Shown: piece by piece, positions 38,401-48,347 of the stretch
Layout of the letters: each line of letters starts with the position of its first letter
Numbering within the stretch: position 1 is the first letter of the stretch
Source: Nitrospirota bacterium
Lineage (GTDB): Bacteria > Nitrospirota > UBA9217
Assembly (NCBI GenBank): GCA_963751455.1
Contig: CAVVUN010000012.1
Coordinates: 512,001-576,000 of the forward strand
Length of the DNA stretch: 64,000 nucleotides
Direction: 5' to 3'
The notes under the pieces: model-generated
What the model saw: the letters and a program-made list of their open reading frames with translations, nothing else
The model's database searches: none
Told to the model about the DNA's origin: nothing
Translations under genes and position numbers: made by a program

Positions 38401-40548
38401 GATAACGACCGGATCGATCTGGTCGACCACCCACAGCGGCTGGGCCGTGGTCTCGTCGAATTGATCTTTCGCAGCGTACACGCGGACCAGATATTTGAGC
38501 TCCCGGCCCGGCGCCGACAAAGTTTCGAAAACGGGCTGCCATTCAGCCATGCCCTCATCATTCATGGGGATGACGGCCATTGGCGTGTCACGGACAGACT
38601 GGGCCTCATCGAAAACCCTGACCTCCGCCCGCTTGATAAAGGTGTTGTAGTTGGCGTAGAGCCGAAAGCGGACCAGGTTCTCGGCAAACTCGGTCTCCGC
38701 AAGGTCCTGATAGCGGATGCTGCGCGGCCATGCGGTTACGTTCAGCCGCGGCTCCGCCTTCAGGTTGTCGTATTTGAACTCGATGCGGGCATGGTCAAGG
38801 GCCACGTCAATACAGCGCTGCACGTCCGGAATGCTCTTGCCCGGATCGTCGATCGGCTTGCCGTCAACGGTGATGCGCATGAGATTCAGGCCAAACGGAT
38901 TGGTTGTGCTCACCTCGCGGGTCATACGGGTGATATCCACCCCTTCGTAGTTATCGAGGGCGACGAGTTCATCATAGATAACCTGCACCTCGACCCGCGA
39001 TGTGTCCGACTCGATGAAGCCGACATTGACCACGTCCGCGGTCTGGACATAGCCCCGGCCTTCAAACTCCGCCTGCTGCTCGGTCAGTCCCATCTGCCCG
39101 CGCACCGCGGTCATGGCCCGGCGGGCACGCGCAGTGGACCAGCCGATATCGTCGCCATAAACCGAAGCGGTGCGCCGGTCGAGCCGCTTGTTGCTGGTAT
39201 AGCCGATAAAGCGCAAGCGGACGTTGACCTTGTCCTTGATCTCTTCCATGAGCCGCTTCAACCGCTCCGTATAACCGGCAGGCAGGACCGGGGCGCCCTT
39301 TTCGAACAGTACCGGAGCAATGCCGCCCGACGGCGGGTCATAGACCTTGGTGACCGTTTCAGCGCCGGCATCTTCCGGACACAGCCGCGGCTCAGCAGGC
39401 AGGTCCTGGAGCGGATCGTCATGCCAGAATTCGACCTCGACGCGCCGGTTCATGGCCCTGCCCTGCGGCGTGTCATTGGAGGCGGCTTGCGTCGCTCCTT
39501 TGCCCTCGGTTTCAACCGCGACATTGGACAAACGCAGAGCGTCATGGACCGCAAGGGCAACACGCCGCGCCACCGCCTTCGACATTCCCAGATGGTCGCC
39601 GTAGATACGCTCGTCGCGCCCTTCCAGCGGGGTATTGTCGGTATAGGCAGTGAATTTGACGGTGATATTTTCTTTGGCTCTCAAATTGATCAGCGCCTGT
39701 CCGATCTGCTGCAGAAATTCTTCCGGCACGGTCACCATGCTCTTTTCGTAATGCATGGGCGCAACCAGGTTCTTGACGCGGGCCCGATGGAAATGGCCTT
39801 CCTTATAACGCAATTTGCAGACCGTCTCGGTGCGGCAAACCTTGACGCGATTCACCTGCCGGGGAACGATCACTTCCTTTTCGACCAGCTTTTCGCTGAT
39901 CTCGTCATACCAGACCTCAACCTCCACCCGCCGGTTGAGCGCCCGGCCCGCCTTGGTGGCATTGCTGGCGATTGGCCGGCTCTCTCCCAAACCCTCATAG
40001 GAGATGGCTTCCGGGGGAAGCCGAAGGGCGCGCTGGCAATATTCGGCGGTAGTGCCCGCGCGTTCCCGGGACAGGCCGGTATTGTCCCTGTATTTCTCCT
40101 TCAGCGCGCCGCTCAGCCCCTGCGAATCGGCGTAGCCGACAAAGTGCAGGCGCACATTCGCGCGATCACGCATGCTCTCGAGCACGCCGCGCAGAAGCGT
40201 CACATACTCCTCGGGAATGTCCGCCTCACCCTGGCGGAAACGGATGGGCGGGACGACATTCGCCAACTTGATCGTCTTCACTTTCTTTTCCGCGATCTGT
40301 CGCAACTCAGTGCGGTCCCCCTGGTCCTCCGCAAAAACGGACGGATCAAAAAGCCACGGAAAGAAGGCCCTGTCCTTTGGCAGGTGCATTTCCGTCGTTT
40401 CGCCGAATGTGGCAGCCTCCCTTGTTCCCGGGCCCGCAGTCACGGTCGCCGCAGATAATATTTCCGCATAGACAGCGGTCTCCGGTCCGGCTACGGACAT
40501 AACGAACATAAATATAAGGGCGATACAGCGCTTCATCATTAATCCCAT
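35440..40548 (-). CDS. Large outer-membrane protein: three OmpA-like peptidoglycan-binding domains plus a long C-terminal predicted beta-barrel
   Basis: 1702 aa; signal peptide; GYADS..LSRERA..GRALNRRVEV, AYTDN..GRAMNRRVEV, GYTSN..WSTARA..SRVEV; the last ~800 aa are amphipathic beta strands ending GLFINIIGKI. Confidence 0.8.
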   Translation of the reverse strand: MGLMMKRCIALIFMFVMSVAGPETAVYAEILSAATVTAGPGTREAATFGETTEMHLPKDRAFFPWLFDPSVFAEDQGDRTELRQIAEKKVKTIKLANVVPPIRFRQGEADIPEEYVTLLRGVLESMRDRANVRLHFVGYADSQGLSGALKEKYRDNTGLSRERAGTTAEYCQRALRLPPEAISYEGLGESRPIASNATKAGRALNRRVEVEVWYDEISEKLVEKEVIVPRQVNRVKVCRTETVCKLRYKEGHFHRARVKNLVAPMHYEKSMVTVPEEFLQQIGQALINLRAKENITVKFTAYTDNTPLEGRDERIYGDHLGMSKAVARRVALAVHDALRLSNVAVETEGKGATQAASNDTPQGRAMNRRVEVEFWHDDPLQDLPAEPRLCPEDAGAETVTKVYDPPSGGIAPVLFEKGAPVLPAGYTERLKRLMEEIKDKVNVRLRFIGYTSNKRLDRRTASVYGDDIGWSTARARRAMTAVRGQMGLTEQQAEFEGRGYVQTADVVNVGFIESDTSRVEVQVIYDELVALDNYEGVDITRMTREVSTTNPFGLNLMRITVDGKPIDDPGKSIPDVQRCIDVALDHARIEFKYDNLKAEPRLNVTAWPRSIRYQDLAETEFAENLVRFRLYANYNTFIKRAEVRVFDEAQSVRDTPMAVIPMNDEGMAEWQPVFETLSAPGRELKYLVRVYAAKDQFDETTAQPLWVVDQIDPVVIQSDPRTELRVGYGESRIASRNIPLSGGVVQAHGSAIPAGYGVWLAGYPVPVDDKGRFIAEEILPAGLHTVEVAVLDKSGNGELYLRDLALEKNGWFTVGIADLTLSRNKTNGPAKLLAPDKPQYSDDFDLQGRFAFYTKGRFGNGWGLTASADTREGPLDEIFSNFLDKSPDALFRRIDPDYHMPTYGDDSSVVEDAPTMGKFYAMLSKDRNYGLWGNFKIGYTGNDLAHVDRGLYGANLHYQTLDTASFGEQRFLLDGFAAEPGTMAGRDEFRGTSGSLYFLRRQDILTGSERVRIEVRDKDSGMVLAVKNLLPALDYELDYLQGRLLLSQPLASTADDSLLVQSDSTGGNPVFLVVRYEFTPGVEHLDAMAFGGRGHYWFGDNVKVGVTASRNEEEGDDNNLDGADVTIRKSSNTWVKLEAGRSKGSSLFTTNSLDGGFNFSTTDSLSQSDVDAMAHRVDVSVGFQDLFEKGKGRFTLYNQELEAGYAAPGLAADRDVSQIGGTTELPITERVGMHIKADKRTVDQGLETEAAELNFDYQMNAHWTMSSGLRRDQRTDNSAVVPLTQEEGHRTDVVARALYDSKARWSGYGFAQESVQMSGNREDNDRIGAGGGYRVTDRLKLDGEVSEGDLGMAGRLGTEYLYSDRTTLYLNYGLENEHTDNGLRARKGNMASGFRTRYSDSASVYLEERYTHGDVPTGLMHSTGVDLAPTDRLNLGAKLDFGTLRDNRTGAEIRRTAAGASVGYGFKKLKMTSAFEYRVDDSEQLDTSTIKRTTWLLKNSLRYQLSPDWRLNGKLNYSQSESSQGQFYDGSYTEAVMGYAYRPVNNDRLNALLKYTYFYNVPAAEQLSGTSTAGIIQRSHIAAVDVMYDLTSRWTVGGKYAYRLAQVSLDRADPEYFDSRASLYILRVDWHIVHTWDALIEGRLLDLPDAHDRLDGVLVGIYRHLGNYVKLGIGYNFSKFSDDLTDMDYEHQGLFINIIGKI

Positions 40549-40792
40549 CTACTCCAAGGAGGTCAATAAGATCCATCCGCAAGGGCTTGCCCAATGCCTG
40601 CCCCGACATTTCATACCTGACCCATAAAGCAAAACATTTGAACCGCTAAGGCGCAAAGGTCGCGAGGAAAACTAAACAACTCAAGATTTTTTTGTTTTGA
40701 CATCCTTTGCGTCCTTCGCGTCTTCGCGGTAAATATTTTCTTGCCGTTTTGAATGATTCTCGTAACTAATCATCAATCGCATGGCTTCCGCA

Positions 40793-43700
40793 TCAGGGCG
40801 GCGAGCCCCGGCGCCAGAAGACCTCGGTTTCGATCGTGAGCCGATATTTACCATTCCACTTGCCCGTAATCTCCTTCTTCAAGGCTTTGAGACGCTTCTC
40901 TACCAGGCGTTCGTTCTCGATGTCCGCCAGGTACGATAGACGCAGCACCGAGGGCGCTTTCAGCAATTCCTTCAGCAAAAGATCGATCCTCGGCTGCCAA
41001 TGCTGACGCAGCTTCGTGCTCGTCGGTTCGAACGCCCCATCCGCGATATCCATGGACACAACGTGGTGGATCGTTGCTCCGAAGTTGAAGCGCAGCATTT
41101 TGCCGCGCGTGGCGCGCTGCACCCGCGGGTTTTCGGTGGTCATTCGATAGCCGGTGGGCAGGGTGCGATCATCCAACTTCAGGATGAAGTTACTGCCGCG
41201 AATCTCGTCAGGCGCCATTGCACAGGTGACATGGAAGCGTCCGTGCTCGTCAGTGGCGGCAATCAGACCGCGTGCAGTTGCCACGCGCACCCCCGGCAAA
41301 CCCCGCTCGCCCGCGTCCTGCCGCCCGTTCAGGTCGCGATCGTCGAATACCTTGCCGACCACGTCTGTGCAATCGAAGGTCGGGTCGGGGACGACCCGGA
41401 CCGTCGCCGTTGCTGCCTCGGAGAAGGGTCCGCCTGTTTCTGTATTGATCACCTGCGCCTGGTTGACGTACTCGCCTTCCGAGACGCCGGCGCCCGCTAA
41501 CAGCAGCAGCTTGATGGTGTGCTTCTGCTTATAGCCGACGTCGAGATTGTTCCACCCCAATTGCCGGCCGTTAACGGCCGGCTCAAGCGGGGTCCCGTCG
41601 AAGCGGCTTGAGCCTTCCACATACTTGAACCCGGGCGGCAGCGTATCGACGAGGCCCAGAGGGGGCAGCGTGCTGCGCAGGGTGTTCTTGAAGGTGATCG
41701 TGTAGGGAACGAGCTGTCCGCGTGTGACATTTATCAGGGGGCTCGTCTTCGTGATGGAAATCTTTTCCTCGACATACGGATCGACCGGAATATGGTTGTT
41801 GAAGATCTGGTTGGCCGTCGAATCCAGCGTGAGATGCAGGTAGTAGGTGGCGATTGCCCCCGTCGGCGCGGTCGTCGAGACGTGCGCCTCGCATTGCGCC
41901 GTGGCCGGAATGGCGTCAGCGGAACACACCGGCGCCGAATACGGAGCGGTTTTATCACTGGTGGTCGGCAAAAGGACGAGCGACGGCTCCGCCACGTATC
42001 CCGCGGGCACTGCCGTAACCGCGATGAGATAGTCCGCGCCTTCGGGACAATTAGTTGAGTCGAATTTCAGATCGAACTTGTATTCCCCGCTTGCCGGCGT
42101 CACCTGATACTGCTGAGACGAATCGACGAAGCAGCTCGAGGGTAAATCGGTCCCCGTTGACGCCAACCGCATAGTGAGTGTCGCTCCCTCCAGCGGCTTC
42201 CGAAACTCCGACTCATAGATGACGCCATTCGCCGGGATTATGGTTTGCGTCGGGTTCTCGGTGCCCGAAACATTCGGGTCGTCGCTCTTGATCGGCGCGG
42301 GCCATGGGCCTGATAGCTCTGCCTGGTTCAATACAACGGTGCCGCTTTTGAGATCCGTCTTGAGGACAGCCTCGAACTCGATCGTAAGAGTTTCGTTCGG
42401 GCCGATATTCAGGCTATTGACGCTGAGCGTGCCTTCATTGATTTCGTAAGTAACTCCTATGGGCACGACAACGTTCCCGATCGAACCCGGCTGGAACCTC
42501 GGCGTAGCGTTCAGGCGATCGAGCTCATCGAGCAGCGAGAAATTTTCCAGCCGGATACCCGTCGGATTCTGGATGGCGATGGTGTAGCGTAACCGGTCAC
42601 CCGGGTTTCCAATCGGCTTGTCCACGGTCTTCTGTAACGTAAGGGTTGGAATCGGTACGGTCAGCGGCGGCGCGGTCGTGGTGGCCACGTAATCGTTGAA
42701 AGATGGCGTGCCGCTGCCGGTGCGCTCGTAAGCATTGTCGTTGTCAAGGCCGGTCCAGCAGGCAATCACGCTGTTGGTCAACGTCTGACCGGCCACGACC
42801 ATATCAAGCACGCGCACCTGGTAGATAAGGGGGACCGTTGTCCCTTCCGGGAGGTCGATGCCGCTGGCCCAGGTGAGGGTCTGCACTGTGCTCGCTCCAT
42901 CGCCAACCACAGTCGGTTCAACGGTTACGCCGCCGATCCGCGCGCTTCCGGATACATACACCAGCCCGAGGCTCATGGTGTCGGCAACGACGGCATCAAA
43001 GACACTTGAGAAGTCGGCGCCCGTGGCCGACGTCAGGTTCACCGTATAGGTCAGAATGTCACCCGCCTTGGGCGGCGTCGCCGGATTCACGCTCTTGGCC
43101 ACGGTAACTGAAGGCTCAACGATGGTCAGCGGACCGCTCGTGCCGTCGGTCACCGCGCCGGCCGGGATGTCCGTATAGGTATACGATGCAGCATTGGTGA
43201 AACTCGTCCCTCCATTGGCCTGCTCGTTGTTGGCCAGGCGGGCGGTAAGCGTGATCATCGCCTGCCGGCCGGCAGTAATGGCGCCGAGAGCCCAGGTCAG
43301 GGCTTGCCCGGACTGGGTGGTGGTAATGGTCAGGGGCGCGCCGTTCAGGGTGGCCGTGGCGCTCACATACGCAAGGGCGCCGTGCAGGGTGTCGCTCACC
43401 ACCACGTTGGCGAGCGAGGCGTTGACCGGCGTGCCCGGTACGGTGATCTGGTAGGTCACTGTCTCGCCGATGGTCGCCTCCCCGTTTGTCGGCGAAGTAA
43501 TTCTTTTTGCCAGCGATAGGCCGCTCACTATATTCGTCATCCAGACTTGCGCCATATTCGACGAATTGTAGATACGGCCATTAGTCGGCAGTGACGCGTA
43601 CTGGGTCAGCCCGGCCTCATTGCTCCAACTCGTCTGACCGGTAAGATCGGTATGAAAGCCGATGTTGTAGTCGATTGTCACGCACTGGCCCGGATTGACC

Positions 43701-46700
43701 GGCGTGTTGAGCACGAAAGTCATAGTTCCGCCGCGTCCCGGCGAAGGCGTATACGTGTAATCGGTGCCGGCGGCCAGCACTGTGGTGCCCACGGTAACCA
43801 CCGGCGCAGTCATGCTGGCCACATCCAACTGGCTCGCCAGCACGTCAGTAAGCTGGACGTTGTAGGCCGGGGCCAGGCCGTTGTTGCACGAATTCAGCTG
43901 GAACCTCATCACATCATTAGCTATGTAGACCTGGTACGGATTGGCATTGGAACCATCGCCACTGGCTGTCCGACCGACAACTGCGCCGGTCTTGGCGATG
44001 ATCGACATGGCCGGCTGGCGCACGTCAACTCTTTTCGTGGTCGTCAATCGGGCGGGATAGACCGTTGGGTCGCCGCCCGTATAGAAAAGTTTCGCCCTGT
44101 TGTCGAGCAGAATGGATGTGCCATTGGCCACACCCGCGGGCGGCGCATCAATGACGACCTTTGCGACATACCGGATCACCAGGGCGTCGTCAGTCGATGT
44201 GCCGTCCGGCGTGTTGATGATGTCGCCGAACTCCCAACGCAAGGTGCCGGCCGCACCCGCAGCCGGCTGTGTCCCCAGGGTATAACTGAAGTTCGCACCA
44301 CCGATGATTGAAAAGCTTTGCAGCGCCATGCCCGCTGGCAGCGCATCCTCGACCACGACGTTCCGGGTCGTGTATTCCTGCAGATTGAGCGTCAGGTCGT
44401 AGGTGACGGTGTCGCCTACTCGAACGATCGGATCGATGGTGCTCGCCGGGGTCTCGGCATAGGAATCCGTGTTGACCGATTTGGCGATGAAGGTGTTGTT
44501 AACCGTGTTGACAATGACACTGGCCGGGCCGAAGCAATAGTCGTTCGGCAAGGTCGTTGTCGGACAGCCCGCGCCGGTGCGCTCACGCCCTGGGGCTGGA
44601 TTACTCACCGGATCGATCGGATAGTCCTCATCGAGCGAGGTCCAGTCCAGATAAACGCTGTTGGTGAAGGAGCTCCCTGAGTAGGCGTCCACGACCCTTA
44701 CCTGATCGGTGAGCACCAGCGACTGGCCGGCGGGAATGTCGAGACTGCCGTCACCGTTCTCGCGTCCCCAGACCAGGGTGGTGCCGGAGGGCGTGGAGGG
44801 ATTCGCGATAAAGCCGCTGACCGCGACGCCGTTGATCGCGGCCGTGGCGGAACCGGCTACCAGCGCTACGTTCGCCGGCAAGGTGTCGACGATGTTGGCA
44901 TCAAACGCAGTGGAAGTGCCGTTATTGAGAATCGTAACCGTATATTCGAGAATGTCGCCCACCGTGGCGGGATCCGTTGCCGGCTTGCTCATGGGCGAGA
45001 CAAAGCGCACCGTCTTGGCAACGGTCAGGAAAGGTTCGATCACGGTCATGTTGGCGGTTGTGCCCGCGCCGCCGGCCAATTTGGTGCTATCGACGCCGTT
45101 TGCCCGGTTGCAGGTATACGACGCGCTGTTGGTGAAAGGCACGCTGCCCTGGTTAGCGGCGCTGTTCAGCAGCTCCACGGTGATCGAGATCTTCGCCTGT
45201 CCACTGGCAGATAAAGACTTGGCAGGGATATCGATGCCAATGGTCGTGTCTTCAAGGATGAGCGAGTTGCCGCTGCCCGTATTGCTGACCGTCCAGGCGC
45301 CGCCCGATACCACCCGCGCGCTCACAAAGCGCAGGTTGGCGGGCAGAGTATCCAGGATCTGCACGTCGTACAGGGGAACGGTGGTCGCGGTTGCGGGCAC
45401 GGTGATGGTATACTCGAACCGCTCGCCGATCGTGGCGGTTGTCTTTGCAGGGTTCGCCTTCGCCAGCGTGCCCGGAGTCTGGATCTTCACGATGGTGGGA
45501 TCTTCGTCGCCCGGATCTTCGGGCGAGGCCACGCCGTTGACGTACGGGTCATCGCTATCGGCGGTGAAGCCGCCGGCGGCGGTGAGGGTCGCCTGGTTGG
45601 AGACCGTGGTGCCGGTAACGCCTGATCTCAGTTTGATGTCGAAATCGACCACGAGCTGGCCGTTGACATTGACGTTCAGAGTAGGCGCACCATAGATCTG
45701 CAACAGACCCGTAGAGGAATTAAAATTATATGTGGCGCTGTATTGGGTTCCCGTGACAATGCTGACGATGCCAAAGGTGGCCGGATCGAACGAGTTCAGG
45801 TCCAGCTGATCGTTGATCGTGATCGTGTTGATCGTCTGATCAACATTGAAGACTCGCAGCCGGTAGCGCAAGGTGTCACCCGGCGCCGCCGTTGTGGCCG
45901 GGTTCGCAAGACTGGTCAGGTTCTGGACTGTCTTCTCGAAGTAGTAGCCGTGCAGGGCCGCCGTTACGGCCTGGCTGTCCTGATAGTCGATGATCGCTGG
46001 CGTACCGTCGGTAAGTGACCTGACGAATTCGCGACGGCCGGCATGGCTGTTGTCGGCGCTGAACCACTGGGTGACGCCGGCGACGTTGGTAAGCGTTGCG
46101 CCATCATTCGTAAAATCTATATCGAGCTGCGTCTGGTAGGTGATGATCAGGTGCTGCTCGGGCGCGATCTTGGCCGCCGTCGTAAGCATGGTCAGTGTGA
46201 GGTCGCAACCGCTATAGGTGACCGAGTAGTCGGTGTTCGGCATCAACGCCAATCCCGAGCCCGGGGTGCCGCCAGCCGCAATGATCTCGGCAGTAAGCGG
46301 GGTAGGAGGGTTGAGAGAGCCGGGGGGAAGGCCGGTGATGGGGTTGGTGACGCACATGCCGGCGGGGAGCTTGTCGAGGATGGTGGCGTTCCAGGCATCG
46401 CTGCCGCCGGTGTTCTGGACGTCGATGGTAAAGATCGCCGGGTCCCCAACGTTCAGGGCCGTCGCCGGGCTCGTCTTGTTGACCACGAGAACGGGGGCCA
46501 CGATGGTCATCGGCGCCGAGATGCCGGACTCGCCCGGGAGGGGATTAAAGAATTCATTCGCTTCAATGAGGCCGTTCTCATTGAGATCGATCCACCTTGA
46601 AAATTGCCACGTGGCAGTGTTGGTGAACGACAATCCCGGCTGGTTCGTTGGCGTGTCATCGAGGACCACCTCCACCTCGATCACGACCTGCTGATAGGCC

Positions 46701-47536
46701 GCGATATTGGGAAGCGTGAAGTGAAGATACTTATTGGTACTGTCAGGCAGTTGCGTGATCGGCACAGATGTGGTGGTGCCCTTGTAGTGGGCGTTCAAAC
46801 TCTGAAGGGTGAGAGCGGCGCCCGTGGCGGTGAGATCGTCCCAGACCTCGATGTTGCCCAACTCGTGATCTGACGGAGCGCCTGCGGGAAAGTTCATGGA
46901 CGGGATCGTGAGCGTGTAGGTGAAAGGCAGACCGATGGTTGCCGTAGTCGCGGGGGCCTGCTTAGCGATGGTCTCAGCGGGGATCATGATATCCTGGCAT
47001 GAACCACTGAAAGACCCCTCCGGGGAGTTAACTATCCAGAGCTTGTGGTCAATATTGGAACACGCCATATTGCCGTCGAACCAAACATTGTCGAATACAA
47101 TGAGATAGATTGTGGGGTCATTGGTTTGAAAGTTAATGGTTGCGGTCAGCGGATTGGACAGCGGCCAGTTCTGGAACGTGCAAGTCATGTCGATCGTGAC
47201 CTGAACAGGAGAGGCGCCGAGAACATTACCGTCAACCACTCCCTGCACTCCGTTGGCCCAGAATTGGGAGCAAAATTTATCCTCCGCCTGTGCGGAGAAG
47301 GCCGCGCCCAGCAACAGGGCGAAGAGGAGCAGCAGCGGGAAACCGAGCCTTGCGCCGCGTGCTGCCAGCGCTTTAAGGAAACCCTCCCACTTCCAGGCCT
47401 TCCGGCTCGAACACATCCCCCGCAGCAACTCGACTGAGCTCGCCGAAGTCTTACCGCGCAGCGGCAACGCCGCGGCGACCCCAAGTACCCGGGCTGCTCG
47501 AACAAGAAGGCCTGTAAGAGTCTCCTTTAACTTCAT
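40793..47536 (-). CDS. Giant adhesin-like protein with 11 DUF11/isopeptide-type Ig domains and an SdrD-B-like C-terminal region
   Basis: 2247 aa; long signal region ending AFSAQA; 11 repeats of K..G(D/E)xxxY..DxLP..NxA; C-terminal GKVFDDRDLNGRQDAGERGLPGV. Confidence 0.85.
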   Translation of the reverse strand: MKLKETLTGLLVRAARVLGVAAALPLRGKTSASSVELLRGMCSSRKAWKWEGFLKALAARGARLGFPLLLLFALLLGAAFSAQAEDKFCSQFWANGVQGVVDGNVLGASPVQVTIDMTCTFQNWPLSNPLTATINFQTNDPTIYLIVFDNVWFDGNMACSNIDHKLWIVNSPEGSFSGSCQDIMIPAETIAKQAPATTATIGLPFTYTLTIPSMNFPAGAPSDHELGNIEVWDDLTATGAALTLQSLNAHYKGTTTSVPITQLPDSTNKYLHFTLPNIAAYQQVVIEVEVVLDDTPTNQPGLSFTNTATWQFSRWIDLNENGLIEANEFFNPLPGESGISAPMTIVAPVLVVNKTSPATALNVGDPAIFTIDVQNTGGSDAWNATILDKLPAGMCVTNPITGLPPGSLNPPTPLTAEIIAAGGTPGSGLALMPNTDYSVTYSGCDLTLTMLTTAAKIAPEQHLIITYQTQLDIDFTNDGATLTNVAGVTQWFSADNSHAGRREFVRSLTDGTPAIIDYQDSQAVTAALHGYYFEKTVQNLTSLANPATTAAPGDTLRYRLRVFNVDQTINTITINDQLDLNSFDPATFGIVSIVTGTQYSATYNFNSSTGLLQIYGAPTLNVNVNGQLVVDFDIKLRSGVTGTTVSNQATLTAAGGFTADSDDPYVNGVASPEDPGDEDPTIVKIQTPGTLAKANPAKTTATIGERFEYTITVPATATTVPLYDVQILDTLPANLRFVSARVVSGGAWTVSNTGSGNSLILEDTTIGIDIPAKSLSASGQAKISITVELLNSAANQGSVPFTNSASYTCNRANGVDSTKLAGGAGTTANMTVIEPFLTVAKTVRFVSPMSKPATDPATVGDILEYTVTILNNGTSTAFDANIVDTLPANVALVAGSATAAINGVAVSGFIANPSTPSGTTLVWGRENGDGSLDIPAGQSLVLTDQVRVVDAYSGSSFTNSVYLDWTSLDEDYPIDPVSNPAPGRERTGAGCPTTTLPNDYCFGPASVIVNTVNNTFIAKSVNTDSYAETPASTIDPIVRVGDTVTYDLTLNLQEYTTRNVVVEDALPAGMALQSFSIIGGANFSYTLGTQPAAGAAGTLRWEFGDIINTPDGTSTDDALVIRYVAKVVIDAPPAGVANGTSILLDNRAKLFYTGGDPTVYPARLTTTKRVDVRQPAMSIIAKTGAVVGRTASGDGSNANPYQVYIANDVMRFQLNSCNNGLAPAYNVQLTDVLASQLDVASMTAPVVTVGTTVLAAGTDYTYTPSPGRGGTMTFVLNTPVNPGQCVTIDYNIGFHTDLTGQTSWSNEAGLTQYASLPTNGRIYNSSNMAQVWMTNIVSGLSLAKRITSPTNGEATIGETVTYQITVPGTPVNASLANVVVSDTLHGALAYVSATATLNGAPLTITTTQSGQALTWALGAITAGRQAMITLTARLANNEQANGGTSFTNAASYTYTDIPAGAVTDGTSGPLTIVEPSVTVAKSVNPATPPKAGDILTYTVNLTSATGADFSSVFDAVVADTMSLGLVYVSGSARIGGVTVEPTVVGDGASTVQTLTWASGIDLPEGTTVPLIYQVRVLDMVVAGQTLTNSVIACWTGLDNDNAYERTGSGTPSFNDYVATTTAPPLTVPIPTLTLQKTVDKPIGNPGDRLRYTIAIQNPTGIRLENFSLLDELDRLNATPRFQPGSIGNVVVPIGVTYEINEGTLSVNSLNIGPNETLTIEFEAVLKTDLKSGTVVLNQAELSGPWPAPIKSDDPNVSGTENPTQTIIPANGVIYESEFRKPLEGATLTMRLASTGTDLPSSCFVDSSQQYQVTPASGEYKFDLKFDSTNCPEGADYLIAVTAVPAGYVAEPSLVLLPTTSDKTAPYSAPVCSADAIPATAQCEAHVSTTAPTGAIATYYLHLTLDSTANQIFNNHIPVDPYVEEKISITKTSPLINVTRGQLVPYTITFKNTLRSTLPPLGLVDTLPPGFKYVEGSSRFDGTPLEPAVNGRQLGWNNLDVGYKQKHTIKLLLLAGAGVSEGEYVNQAQVINTETGGPFSEAATATVRVVPDPTFDCTDVVGKVFDDRDLNGRQDAGERGLPGVRVATARGLIAATDEHGRFHVTCAMAPDEIRGSNFILKLDDRTLPTGYRMTTENPRVQRATRGKMLRFNFGATIHHVVSMDIADGAFEPTSTKLRQHWQPRIDLLLKELLKAPSVLRLSYLADIENERLVEKRLKALKKEITGKWNGKYRLTIETEVFWRRGSPP

Positions 47537-47686
47537 GCCAAAATCCTGCCCCCGGTTCCGTTCAGCGTTATCATCAATTTGCTTCCAGCGATGGTTTGGC
47601 CAGCCATGGTGGGGACGGTCTCCTTCTTATGTACTGCCGTACCCGGAACCGGGCTGTGGTGTCTGCTTTCGTACCTCAGTCGTTGT

Positions 47687-48238
47687 CTATTCGGACGCCG
47701 CTATAAAATCGCCTCTGCGATTTTTTGCGCGGCAATCCTCGGTCAACGTGGCGCATACCGGCTTCTCCATACCATAGCTGATGAGCGCGATTCGGCTTGA
47801 CAAGATTCCGAGATCAGTCAAATATCTCTTTGCGCTCTGCGCCCTCTGCTGGCCGAGGGCCTGGTTATATTCTCTCGTGCCGCGGTCATCACAATTGCCC
47901 TCTATCCTGATGCTCACTGCGGGATTTGCCTTGAGCCACTGGGCATTCGCCTGCATGACGGCGCTTGCATCTTCACGGATAGAAGAGCTGTCGAAATCAT
48001 AATAGACCGACTGCAGACCGGCTAATGAAGCACCTGCCCGTTCAGCAGGTTCCTGTTTCATCTCGGGCTTCATCTCGGGTTTCGTCTCGGGTTTCGTCTC
48101 GGACTCGGCAACCGGAGCAGGTTCAATCTTTTGCGCTTCGGGTATGGAGCTCAGTTCGACCTTCTTTGGACAACCCCAGAGTGCTAAAAAACATGCTGCC
48201 ACAAGAACAACAAACACACTGATTTTTGCGGTTTTCAT
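47687..48238 (-). CDS. pal: Pal-like peptidoglycan-associated lipoprotein; first gene behind the tandem riboswitch
   Basis: Lipobox LWGC; VYYDFDSSSI, IEGNCDDRGTREYNQALGQQRA, ISYGMEKP, KNRR; PETK/PEMK linker repeats. Confidence 0.85.
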   Translation of the reverse strand: MKTAKISVFVVLVAACFLALWGCPKKVELSSIPEAQKIEPAPVAESETKPETKPEMKPEMKQEPAERAGASLAGLQSVYYDFDSSSIREDASAVMQANAQWLKANPAVSIRIEGNCDDRGTREYNQALGQQRAQSAKRYLTDLGILSSRIALISYGMEKPVCATLTEDCRAKNRRGDFIAASE

Positions 48239-48313
48239 ACTTGGTTCCTCCTATAAGTTAATAGCTTGTGTCTCGCACATAGTATTCCGGCATTTTCAAT
48301 GGATGCTGGACTC

Positions 48314-48347
48314 AAATAAAAAAGCCGCCAAAAGATCCTTTGGCGGC
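48314..48347 (-). terminator. Intrinsic terminator of riboswitch 2
   Basis: GCCGCCAAAG-GAT-CTTTTGGCGGC followed by TTTTTTATTT. Confidence 0.85.

Noticed and set aside
37678-40458. 926-aa plus-strand ORF (also 30781..32649, 33489..34946, 16671..17939, 21099..22103)
   Set aside because: Antisense shadows of well-supported GC-rich minus-strand genes; no recognisable motifs.
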